From positions 1 through 60,883 of the forward strand of contig JAITRP010000026.1 in NCBI GenBank assembly GCA_031288305.1: DNA of 60,883 bases. The letters run 5' to 3'. This stretch comes from Zoogloeaceae bacterium (lineage in GTDB: Bacteria > Pseudomonadota > Gammaproteobacteria > Burkholderiales > Rhodocyclaceae). This document shows, piece after piece, positions 32,495 through 40,855 of this stretch. Under the pieces are notes generated by a model that had not been told where the DNA came from, searched no databases, and saw nothing but the letters and a program-made list of their open reading frames with translations. The translations under genes and the position numbers were made by a program. Position 1 is the stretch's first letter. Each line of letters opens with the position of its first letter.

Positions 32495-32814
32495 TTCTGG
32501 CACAACTTCGCTGGCAATCCACGGATGGCTGGCACAGTGCTTCTGTTTTCCAGCTTCCCCTTTTTTCCTTTCTCTTTTTCTTTTCACAGGAGGTATCCAT
32601 CCATCGCTTTATCCGCTTTGTCGTCCTTGCATTTCTCCGCCCGGTCTTCCCACAGGGAAGCAAGGCGGACGTCTCATTCGAGACCACGGGCGCGCTGAAC
32701 GCCCGGCCCTTGCCCTTCGGGGATCTCGCCTTGGCGAGTTGGCAATAACACTGACCGTTTGTTTTTCAGCCTTTCCAGCCAGTTTCAACCAATGACCGAT
32801 GGCAGGATTTTTCG

Positions 32815-33614
32815 ATGGATGATTTGACCTACACCCTGCGCCAGCTTTGCCTGCGCAACCGCGACGGCAGCTTTGCGACACAGGCCGACCGGCAACGCTC
32901 GCTGGCCTTGATGGTTCGCCAGTTGCGTGAAGCCGGTTTTCGCCAGACGCGCGCGACCTCGCTCAAGGGCAGGCACTGGCGCACCTGCGCTGGTGGGCCG
33001 AGAAAGTCGGCAAGGCGGGCATTCTACCGAAGGACAATACGAAACTGGGTATTCCCGAACGTCACGCTGTAGCCAAAGAGGACAAGGCGAAAGCACTGGG
33101 GGATAGGCTGGACGGAATTACCGACGCCCATGTCCGCATGAGCCTGAGACTACAGACTGCTTTCGGGCTGCGCCGTGAAGAGTCCATCAAGTTCCGGCCA
33201 AGTATTGCTGACCGAAACGATCATATCGCCATCCGGGGTTCCTGGGCCAAGGGCGGACGGGATCGGACAATACCGATCACGATGCCGGAACAACGCGCCG
33301 CGCTCGATGGCGCTTGCCAGTTGGTGGGTTCCGGGTCGTTGATCCCGGCGAACAAGACCTACATCCAGCAGCGGCAGGTCTATGATGGACAGTGCAAGCG
33401 GGCCGGACTTTCCAACATGCACGGGCTGCGACATCGTTATGCGCAAATTCGGTACGAAACGCTGACGGGATGGAAAGCGCCCAAGGCTGGCGGCCCCAGG
33501 GTAAACCAGCTTGATCCGGCACAATGTCAGAAAGATCGATTCTCCCGGCAGCAAATCAGCCGAGAACTTGGGCATGAGCGGATTGCGGTCACGGCGGTTT
33601 ATCTGGGGAACTGA
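32815..33614 (+). pseudogene. Tyrosine integrase (Integrase_1-type with short N-terminal domain), frameshifted
   Basis: MDDLTYTLRQLCLRNRDGSFATQADR...SLKGRH, then a frameshift at ~32975 into LAHLRWWAEKVGK. Catalytic FGLRREE, KGGR, HGLRHRYAQ and LGH.R....YL are intact. Confidence 0.85.
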
Positions 33615-33691
33615 TAATACACCGGCCTTGTATCTGCAATGGTGCAGCGTCCGGGAGCGCATGGTTCGGGCAAACCTAGGAATTTCTCCAG

Positions 33692-34378
33692 CTAAAGAAC
33701 CATCTTCATCCAGCCGGTCAGTTCGGCAATCTGGTTCTCGTCGATATCGGTTGATGTTTTCGACCAGGGACTTTTTGTCGTCGAATTGCTGTTGGCCAGT
33801 GTATTTTCCCGAAAATTGCCAAAACGCGCGTCGACCACCGTATCGAAATAATGATCGAGGAAATTCGCGAGTTCAGGGGTAAGACCTTCGATCGTCATCG
33901 CGTTGCGCGAACGCGAAACGTAGCTGCCCGAAGTGTCGCCCGGCTCTTTCCAGCGGACGTTCTGGAAACAGATCTTCAGGTCGTGCGGCAGGCCGTTGCT
34001 GTCGAGATAGACATAACGATCCTCGCGGCCTTCCGCGCGGCCGTTGGGAAGGCCGATGCCAACTTTCAGCATGGCGTCGCGCAGTTCCTTGTCGCACAGG
34101 GTTGTTCCGGGAACGCCATCTGTCGCGCATTGCCTGTTCACGCAACCGGTCGGCAGGCTGACATTGTCTGCCAGCGTTACCCCGGTCGCGGTCTTGTAGC
34201 TGTCGTAGGCGAGCAGCCAGCCCTGGATGAATTCGCTGGCGATGCGCTGGTTCTGCGCGTTGCGATGCACGTCCTTGCCGATCGACACCGCGCCGAGGAT
34301 GATGCCGATGACGATGAGGACGACGGAGAGTTCGACCAGGGAAAAACCGCCTTGTGTGATTTCTTTCGATGCAGGCAT
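33692..34378 (-). CDS. Prepilin-like protein, paralogue family A (228 aa)
   Basis: QGG|FSLVEL class III signal, GKDVHRNA, GRAEGREDRYVYLDSNG and GLTPELA. AGGAGG RBS. Confidence 0.88.
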   Translation of the reverse strand: MPASKEITQGGFSLVELSVVLIVIGIILGAVSIGKDVHRNAQNQRIASEFIQGWLLAYDSYKTATGVTLADNVSLPTGCVNRQCATDGVPGTTLCDKELRDAMLKVGIGLPNGRAEGREDRYVYLDSNGLPHDLKICFQNVRWKEPGDTSGSYVSRSRNAMTIEGLTPELANFLDHYFDTVVDARFGNFRENTLANSNSTTKSPWSKTSTDIDENQIAELTGWMKMVL

Positions 34379-34394
34379 TTTCATCCTCCTTTTT

Positions 34395-35687
34395 CTACGG
34401 ACTTCCCGAATACAAGCCCTGTTCATCCGCAAGCCAGGTATGGTCGAGAAGCTGTTGGGCAAATTCTTGCGCGGTTGATCTCAGACCTATGATAAAGACA
34501 TAACGTTGCCGTATCATTTCGCGCTTTTCATAAGACTGGACGAGTTTTGTGATGGCAAGCGCCAACGCGGACGCCGAGATTGCTCCAGTTGTTACCGCCT
34601 TGACGGTATATGCGATTCCCATGGCAGGTTTGGATTCTCCATCCGGAACCTCCGGAGGAACGGAAGCCAAATATTTTCCGGCTGCCTTGAAACCGTCAGC
34701 CGGAATTCCAAAAACAATTTTTGCGCCATTGTTGACCACGCTGCCGACTGACGACAGAAATTGCGCTTCTTCCATCACCTTGTTTTGCTCCACAATCTGT
34801 TCGTAATCAAACAGGGCGCGATATATCATGACGGCTGCCGTGGCGGCGTTGGGCTGCGCGTGCCCGATGGAAGCCACCGCTTCGCCGCATTTCAGCCTGC
34901 TCCACAATGCGCCGGGTGTAACGGCGCGAACGCGATCATCGTCTAGATCATGTGGAGGAGTGAAGGTCAAAGGAGCGGGCGGTGGGTTGTCGAGCGCATT
35001 CTGGGCCGCAGGCAGCGCAATCCCGTAGGCGATCTGTCGTTTGCCGCCCGCAGTCTCCATGTGGACATGCTTATCTATTTCGTCGGGCAATGGATCCTCC
35101 GCCACGCGCAAGGCCCAGCAGAAATCCAGTGTATTCCGCTTGCCAAAAACGACATTCTGCGTCCTGGGTAGAGGATTACTATTGAAATCGACAGGAGTAC
35201 CATATTTGGTATTCCGTGTTGCAAGCGATGACACTTCCGTGTCGCTGCCCTCCAATGCGAGAAATGGATAAAAGCGATCTGTATTTGCCATCAAATTCAC
35301 GGATCGGATCGAGTCCGGCACAGGGTCTTTGTCTGTTGCGGCTTCCGGGTCTGCCACCTCGTCTCGCTTCAGGACGCCGTAACGGATCTGCCTGGCTGTC
35401 ATATCCGCAATACCCAGATCCCGATAAGGCAATGTGCCCGTTTCGCTGCCTGCCGCGCAATCTTCCTTTCCATCGCCATCGGTATCCGGGCAGGGCAGGC
35501 GGTGATGCGCCATGATATAGCCTGTCAATGCCCAGTCAGCCTGTTCCAGTTGCGAATATAACCGCGCCTTTCTTTTCTCCTGCATATTCGACTGGATAAA
35601 AGGCCAGAGCAGGACCGTAATCATGCCCAGGATCAGGATGATCACCGACAACTCCAGGAGCGAGAACCCTTTTATTCGACGTTTCAT
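34395..35687 (-). CDS. Large prepilin-like protein (LPCP family) with hydrophobic/coiled-coil C-terminal extension, 430 aa
   Basis: IKG|FSLLEL and LPCPDTDGDGKEDC. Ends LADEQGLYSGSP. Confidence 0.85.
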   Translation of the reverse strand: MKRRIKGFSLLELSVIILILGMITVLLWPFIQSNMQEKRKARLYSQLEQADWALTGYIMAHHRLPCPDTDGDGKEDCAAGSETGTLPYRDLGIADMTARQIRYGVLKRDEVADPEAATDKDPVPDSIRSVNLMANTDRFYPFLALEGSDTEVSSLATRNTKYGTPVDFNSNPLPRTQNVVFGKRNTLDFCWALRVAEDPLPDEIDKHVHMETAGGKRQIAYGIALPAAQNALDNPPPAPLTFTPPHDLDDDRVRAVTPGALWSRLKCGEAVASIGHAQPNAATAAVMIYRALFDYEQIVEQNKVMEEAQFLSSVGSVVNNGAKIVFGIPADGFKAAGKYLASVPPEVPDGESKPAMGIAYTVKAVTTGAISASALALAITKLVQSYEKREMIRQRYVFIIGLRSTAQEFAQQLLDHTWLADEQGLYSGSP

Positions 35688-37069
35688 GGCAGCAATCCTT
35701 TCTCGTCGATGGTCATGGCGCGATCCGTTGCCGCATCGACGGTTTTCAGCATTCGATGGGCGTAGATTTCCGCATCGATACGCGCTTTTTTCGCCTTGGC
35801 AAGTTTTTCATCGCTCTCATCCCTTTTCTTTTTTGCTTCCGATAGTTTCAGTATGTCCATTGCCATTTTTGATCCGGTCAGAATAAACTTGAGAACACTC
35901 AGGGCAGTTTTGAAGACACTGAAAATAATCTTGGAGGGAGATGAACCAGCAGCTGTAAGAGCAATATCAAAAACAGAATTGACGGCTGAAAGGGAATCGT
36001 TTACCATGCTCCATGTTGCCCATTTCATGGAAAGATCCGCCTGTTGATGGCTGTCATAGGCAAGATCCAGTTTGAAAGCCTGATATTGCAGAATGGCAAG
36101 TGAAATCAAATAATTATCATAGACGGCGCGTGCGGTGTGCCCCGCCGCATTGGCGGTAGACAACCGCGCGGGACAGGCAAGCCGCGCCGCCAGTTCCGCA
36201 AAACCCACGGCAATTACATGGTCATCGTAACGATCAGTTGCGGGAATCCAGGGCGCCTCGAATGTTGCGCCAGAAGCCGTGTTGCCGAGGTCGAAGAAAT
36301 TGCCATCATCATCGCTATCGAGTGTGCCGGGATGGGCAATCGCATAGGCAACGGGGATGCTGTTCGACAACACGGAATCCGGTGTGACTACCTGGGCATC
36401 GCGCAGTGCCGCGCAAAAATCAAGGCCATTGACACGCGCGGTAACGGCATTGAGTTGGGCCTGCGTAAATTTACGCACAAGCTTTGGATTATCACCAAGC
36501 GTGCTCATGTTTTGTAACGCGACTCCGCCAAGATCAGTCGACACCTGCCCCATCTGGAGAAAGGAAAAACCGGCAAACGCATTCTTAATCTCGTTTACTG
36601 CGTCCTCATAACTCCCGATCGTGTAGGAAGCATCCCCCCGCAATGGCCATTCCGTGTCGCTTGTATTGGGCGGCACAATGGGCAACCAGGGTTTGTGTCG
36701 CGCAATGGCAAGCGCCAGGGAAGGGGTAGCGGCGTAGCGTAAACGTTCAGGAAAGCGCATACCCAAGGTCTTGAATGGAAATTCTCCGGCTCCGTATTGG
36801 CAGCCACCACTCTTGGTTCGTTCCACACCATCTCCATCTGTTTCTGCCGGACAAGGCAACCGGTGTTCCCGTAATACAAACCCCTGGATCGCTTCATCGG
36901 CCAATGCCAGTTGTTCGATAGCGACTTGTGCATCGTCAACGTCTTGCGACAAACGGAAAAAATTCCAGAAAGCGATTATCATTATGCCGATAATCGTCAG
37001 CGCCACTGCCATTTCCAACAGGGAAAATCCGTTTTCATGGTCATCGCTGAAATAATATTGGTATTTCAT
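35684..37069 (-). CDS. Large prepilin-like protein (LPCP family) with hydrophobic/coiled-coil C-terminal extension, 461 aa
   Basis: ENG|FSLLEM and LPCPAETDGDG. Ends TIDEKGLLP. ATGA overlaps at both ends. Confidence 0.85.
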   Translation of the reverse strand: MKYQYYFSDDHENGFSLLEMAVALTIIGIMIIAFWNFFRLSQDVDDAQVAIEQLALADEAIQGFVLREHRLPCPAETDGDGVERTKSGGCQYGAGEFPFKTLGMRFPERLRYAATPSLALAIARHKPWLPIVPPNTSDTEWPLRGDASYTIGSYEDAVNEIKNAFAGFSFLQMGQVSTDLGGVALQNMSTLGDNPKLVRKFTQAQLNAVTARVNGLDFCAALRDAQVVTPDSVLSNSIPVAYAIAHPGTLDSDDDGNFFDLGNTASGATFEAPWIPATDRYDDHVIAVGFAELAARLACPARLSTANAAGHTARAVYDNYLISLAILQYQAFKLDLAYDSHQQADLSMKWATWSMVNDSLSAVNSVFDIALTAAGSSPSKIIFSVFKTALSVLKFILTGSKMAMDILKLSEAKKKRDESDEKLAKAKKARIDAEIYAHRMLKTVDAATDRAMTIDEKGLLP

Positions 37070-39351
37070 TGCAAGCCTCCTCTTTTATCAACCTGGCGAA
37101 GGATTTCCGTAGCCGCATTGGTCTTGAATATGATGATTTCGCCGTCCGCTTCATGGCCGCACGAACTTGTGTCTACGCTGAATTCCTGCTCCTGGATGGT
37201 CGCGTAATTTTTTTGGGCTGTTTCATGCAGTTCCTTCATTTGATAATATTCCATCCAGAGATCGTAATAATGATTGCGATCGCAATGCTCTTCATTCCTT
37301 TTTTGGATAACGCACTCCTGCCGTGCTTGCGCTTCTGTGTAAGGAATAGGCAACTGTCGAAGAAGACCATAGTATTCAATTTCCCAATTGGACCAGGTAA
37401 TTTCCCGATGGGCAATCTGACAGGCATTGGCGGATTGAGCAGAATAAAATCTGGGGAGTATTTTGTCTCCCGCCGGAAGAGATTCCACAAGATCGGCGAG
37501 GACTTTTTTCTTTTCTGCCAGCGAGGATTGCAGACTCGCAATATACGCTTGTTTTTCCGCTATTTTTCCTGGCAATGCCGCGTTATTCTCATCCAATCCC
37601 GCCCTCATTCTGGCAACGGCTTCATCAATATCCTCCTGGGTATAATAACCGCTTTCCCGCATGACTTTGACCAAATCATCTATGGCGTCTTGACTGTTTG
37701 CTCCTGAAGATTCTTCTTGTTCTTTATAGAGCGCTTGAAGCTTGCCTTCTTCTTCGCTGATATTTTGTTCGATATTATATATGTCGCCGAATAATACTTG
37801 CCGCTGTGGTTCCTGGAATGGCGCATAGTATACGGGCTTTGTTGCCGCGCAGGCCGCGATGATATCATCGGCGGCCTGGAGTTTGACATGCGCCGCGTCC
37901 ATATTATTCTTTGCATCATTCACGGTATCCTGTGCATGCTGCGTGGCGTCTTGCTTTGCTTCCTGGAGCTTTTGTTTGATCTCTTCATTGTTGAAATTTT
38001 CACACATGTCATTGATTATGCTCACATCTTCGCCAAACCTGCTGGCAACATTTCCGACAATGATCGTATTGGCGAGCACCAGCCCAAAATTGGCAATATT
38101 GGCAAGCATGCCAGGCACCTGGAAGCCCAGCGCGGCCACGTTGGATCCTACAGAGGCAGCATGAGGCGGGGCGGGTACGCCAAACCATGGAGGAGAAAAA
38201 CTCATTCCAAGTTCGATGGATTTTTGCACAATATCATATGCTGAAGTTGCTATACTGGCTATCGAGAACATGACATCGAGAAAGGAATTTACAGAACTCC
38301 ATATTCCGTAGCGCAGATTTTTTTTCGCGGAGTCCCTGGTATCATCAAAATACTTGTTGCTGCTTTCAACCATTTCTTGCGCCAGCTTGACGGAATGAAC
38401 CGACGACTGCAAGAGAGAAGAAATCCCTTCTTCGGTATAGTTGACGACAAGCTGGTTCTCGGGATAGGAGACGCTGCTGCCATAGGCTACTGTCGCTGTA
38501 TAGGTGTTTGAAACAGAATAATCCACTGGTAGACAACTAAAAGCCGACATCAGCGAGGGAAAATCGCGCACGAAGACGAAATCGTCGTAGGAGACGCCAT
38601 GACCGCGATCCGGCGCTTCCATTTCGGGGGTGTTTCCGGCGTTGACGCCGTCGAAGGGGTCGCCGTTGTCCGAACGGTCGCCCGCGCCGGGCAGAGCCAG
38701 GCCATAGGCGACGCTGAATGGCGCGCCGCTTCCGCTTGTCTTGTAATGCGCGTAACTTGCCGCATTGTCCGTCCTGTCCTTGTAGGCAAGCCGCATGGTC
38801 TCGCACATGTCCAAACTGTTGCGCGCCTTGAAGACCTCGTTATCCTCCGGGGTGGGGTCGTACTTATCCGAAGGCAACTGTCGGCTCGAACCATCGGCCA
38901 CGGTGACGGGTTCGTTCCCGGCGAGGTCGCCGGTCGCCGCGTTCCGATAGACCATGTAGCGCATGGTCAACGTATTGGGCGTATAGAGCATGGCGTCGAG
39001 ACCGAGCGCCGTTACCGGCAGGTAGCCCTTGGCGCGCGTGCAGTTTTCCGCGCCGTTCGGGGTAGCCGCCGGGCAGGGCAAGCGGTGGTGGATGGAGGCG
39101 AAGCCCAGGATCGCCTCGTCCGCCCGCGCCAGCGCCAGGCGTTGCGTGGCGGCAATTTCCTCGCTGGGCAGCCCGGCGCGCAGATACGCGATGCCCGCCG
39201 CCAGGCTGGCGCCGAGCAGGAGGAGGAGCAAGGCAACGGTCAGGAGGCTGATGCCGCGTTGCGCATGGCGGAAGACAGAAGACGGAGGACAGAAGACAGA
39301 GCGCTCGCTACGCTCGCTTTGTGATCTGTGTTCGGTATTCAGTTGTCGCAT
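37066..39351 (-). CDS. Very large minor-pilin-like protein lacking Glu5 (PilX/GspK-like signal), 761 aa
   Basis: QRG|ISLLTV and LPCPAATPNGAENC, then a hydrophobic hairpin and a long coiled coil. Ends QVDKRGGLQ. Confidence 0.8.
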   Translation of the reverse strand: MRQLNTEHRSQSERSERSVFCPPSSVFRHAQRGISLLTVALLLLLLGASLAAGIAYLRAGLPSEEIAATQRLALARADEAILGFASIHHRLPCPAATPNGAENCTRAKGYLPVTALGLDAMLYTPNTLTMRYMVYRNAATGDLAGNEPVTVADGSSRQLPSDKYDPTPEDNEVFKARNSLDMCETMRLAYKDRTDNAASYAHYKTSGSGAPFSVAYGLALPGAGDRSDNGDPFDGVNAGNTPEMEAPDRGHGVSYDDFVFVRDFPSLMSAFSCLPVDYSVSNTYTATVAYGSSVSYPENQLVVNYTEEGISSLLQSSVHSVKLAQEMVESSNKYFDDTRDSAKKNLRYGIWSSVNSFLDVMFSIASIATSAYDIVQKSIELGMSFSPPWFGVPAPPHAASVGSNVAALGFQVPGMLANIANFGLVLANTIIVGNVASRFGEDVSIINDMCENFNNEEIKQKLQEAKQDATQHAQDTVNDAKNNMDAAHVKLQAADDIIAACAATKPVYYAPFQEPQRQVLFGDIYNIEQNISEEEGKLQALYKEQEESSGANSQDAIDDLVKVMRESGYYTQEDIDEAVARMRAGLDENNAALPGKIAEKQAYIASLQSSLAEKKKVLADLVESLPAGDKILPRFYSAQSANACQIAHREITWSNWEIEYYGLLRQLPIPYTEAQARQECVIQKRNEEHCDRNHYYDLWMEYYQMKELHETAQKNYATIQEQEFSVDTSSCGHEADGEIIIFKTNAATEILRQVDKRGGLQ

Positions 39352-39435
39352 GGCGCTTCCTTTCAGATTACGGATACCTGACTACAAAGGCCGAAGGCCG
39401 CTCTGTCTTCTGTCCTCAGTCCTCTGCCTTCTGTC
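39271..39435. repeat. Repeat family R5, copy overlapping the 5' end of the 761-aa gene
   Basis: GAAGACAGAAGACGGAGGACAGAAGACAGA ... CTCTGTCTTCTGTCCTCAGTCCTCTGCCTTCTG arms, with core TTCAGATTACGGAT and AGGCCGAAGGCCGCTCTGTC. Confidence 0.85.
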
Positions 39436-39436
39436 A

Positions 39437-40699
39437 TCATGACACCTGCAACAGCATGGATTGGCGAATCAGGTCATAGACCGGCAGCAAGAGCGCGACG
39501 ACGATGAATACGAAAAACGCGCCCGCCAGCAGGATAACCACCGGCTTGATGATTTCCGCCAGTGAGGCGATCAGATGGTCGAAGCGCCGCCGGTATTCCG
39601 CGGACAGGCGTTCCATCTGCTCGTCCAGCGAACCGGTATGCTCGCCCACGGCGATCATGCGCAAAATGAGCGGCGGGAAACGGTTCGCCGCGCGCATGGC
39701 GACGCTCAGGAGCTCGCCGCGCGCGATGAAGGTGCGCGTTTTCGCCAGGCCTTCCCGGTAATATTCATCGCCTGTGGAACGTTCCAGTACCGCCATGCTG
39801 TGCTGGATGTCCAGCCCGGCGCGAATCAGGATGCCCAGGTGTTCGGTGAAAAAGGCCATGCCGGCGGTGCGCAGCAATACGCCGCTCACCGGCAGCCGGT
39901 GTCCCATCCGGTAGCACCACTGGCGCGCGGCCCGGCTGTGAGAGAAAAGGAGCCACGGCGCGGCGACGAGCGCGGCAAGGATCAGGCCGCTCAACAGCCC
40001 GTTGGCCGCCAGCCAGTCGGAAAAACGGATCAGGGCGAGCGTCAGCGGCGGCATTTTCGCGTGCAGTTGGCGGAACAGCCCGGCAAGATTGGGGATGACG
40101 TAATAGAGCCAGAATGCCGCCGCGCCGAGGACCGCGGCAAAGACGAACAGCGGATAGATCAGCGCCCGGCGCGCGTTGCGTCCGATGTCCGCCACGCGCT
40201 CCAGATGGGCGGAGGCTTCCAGCAACATGCGGTCGAGCGTGCCGCTTTCATTGCCGATTTCCACCAGATGGCGCACGATTTCCGGGAACAGGTCGGGGTG
40301 GCGGGAAAACGCCTGGCTGACGCTCACGCCGCTTTCCAGTTCGCCGAGCAGGAGTCGCGTGGCCCGCACCGTCCCGCCCGCCATCCCGAACGGCGCTTCC
40401 TCCACGATCATGCGCAGCCCGTCGATGATGGAAATGCCGCTCTTCAGCATCAGCGCCAGATCGCGCAACATGCTGCCCAGGTCTTCCCTGCGGACGGACG
40501 AGGCGCCCAGTTTTTCCAGCGCGCGCAGGATGCCGTTTACCCAATCCGGACAGCGGTATACCCCCAGAACAACCGCCCTGTAATGCCGTTCCAGCCAGAG
40601 GGAGACAGAAAAATCGCGCTCGACCGCAAACCAGGTAAAGCCGTTTTTCTTCCTGCCGTCTTCCAGCAGCAGGCGATAACAGTAGAAACGCCCGCTCAT
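39437..40699 (-). CDS. Type II secretion F / PilC / MshG-family platform protein
   Basis: LESGVSVSQAF, GNESGTLD, ALIYP, GEHTGSLD and LLLPVY. Confidence 0.93.
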   Translation of the reverse strand: MSGRFYCYRLLLEDGRKKNGFTWFAVERDFSVSLWLERHYRAVVLGVYRCPDWVNGILRALEKLGASSVRREDLGSMLRDLALMLKSGISIIDGLRMIVEEAPFGMAGGTVRATRLLLGELESGVSVSQAFSRHPDLFPEIVRHLVEIGNESGTLDRMLLEASAHLERVADIGRNARRALIYPLFVFAAVLGAAAFWLYYVIPNLAGLFRQLHAKMPPLTLALIRFSDWLAANGLLSGLILAALVAAPWLLFSHSRAARQWCYRMGHRLPVSGVLLRTAGMAFFTEHLGILIRAGLDIQHSMAVLERSTGDEYYREGLAKTRTFIARGELLSVAMRAANRFPPLILRMIAVGEHTGSLDEQMERLSAEYRRRFDHLIASLAEIIKPVVILLAGAFFVFIVVALLLPVYDLIRQSMLLQVS

Positions 40700-40779
40700 G
40701 TTCGGAGGACAGAGAACAGAAGACAAAACACTCGCCGCGCTTGCTTTTGATATCTGTATTCAGTAGTCAGTTGTTGCAT
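40696..40779 (-). CDS. Putative 27-aa repeat-derived leader ORF coupled to the PilC-like gene
   Basis: GAAGGAG-7 nt-ATG, encoding MQQLTTEYRYQKQARRVFCLLFSVLRT*. Its stop overlaps the downstream ATG (ATGA). Confidence 0.45.
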   Translation of the reverse strand: MQQLTTEYRYQKQARRVFCLLFSVLRT

Positions 40780-40855
40780 GGAATTACTCCTTCAGATTAC
40801 GGATCACAAGGGCCGAAGGCCGCTCTGTCCTCTGTCTCCTGTTTCCTGTCCTCCG
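40703..40855. repeat. Repeat family R5, copy at the ATPase/PilC junction
   Basis: Same arms and core (CCTTCAGATTACGGAT, GGCCGAAGGCCGCTCTGTC) as 39271-39435. Confidence 0.85.

Noticed and set aside
39271-39435. Heptamer CAGAAGA/CAGAGGA repeats as a CRISPR array or VNTR
   Set aside because: No 25-40-nt repeats with unique spacers and no cas genes. They are the arms of a palindromic element.
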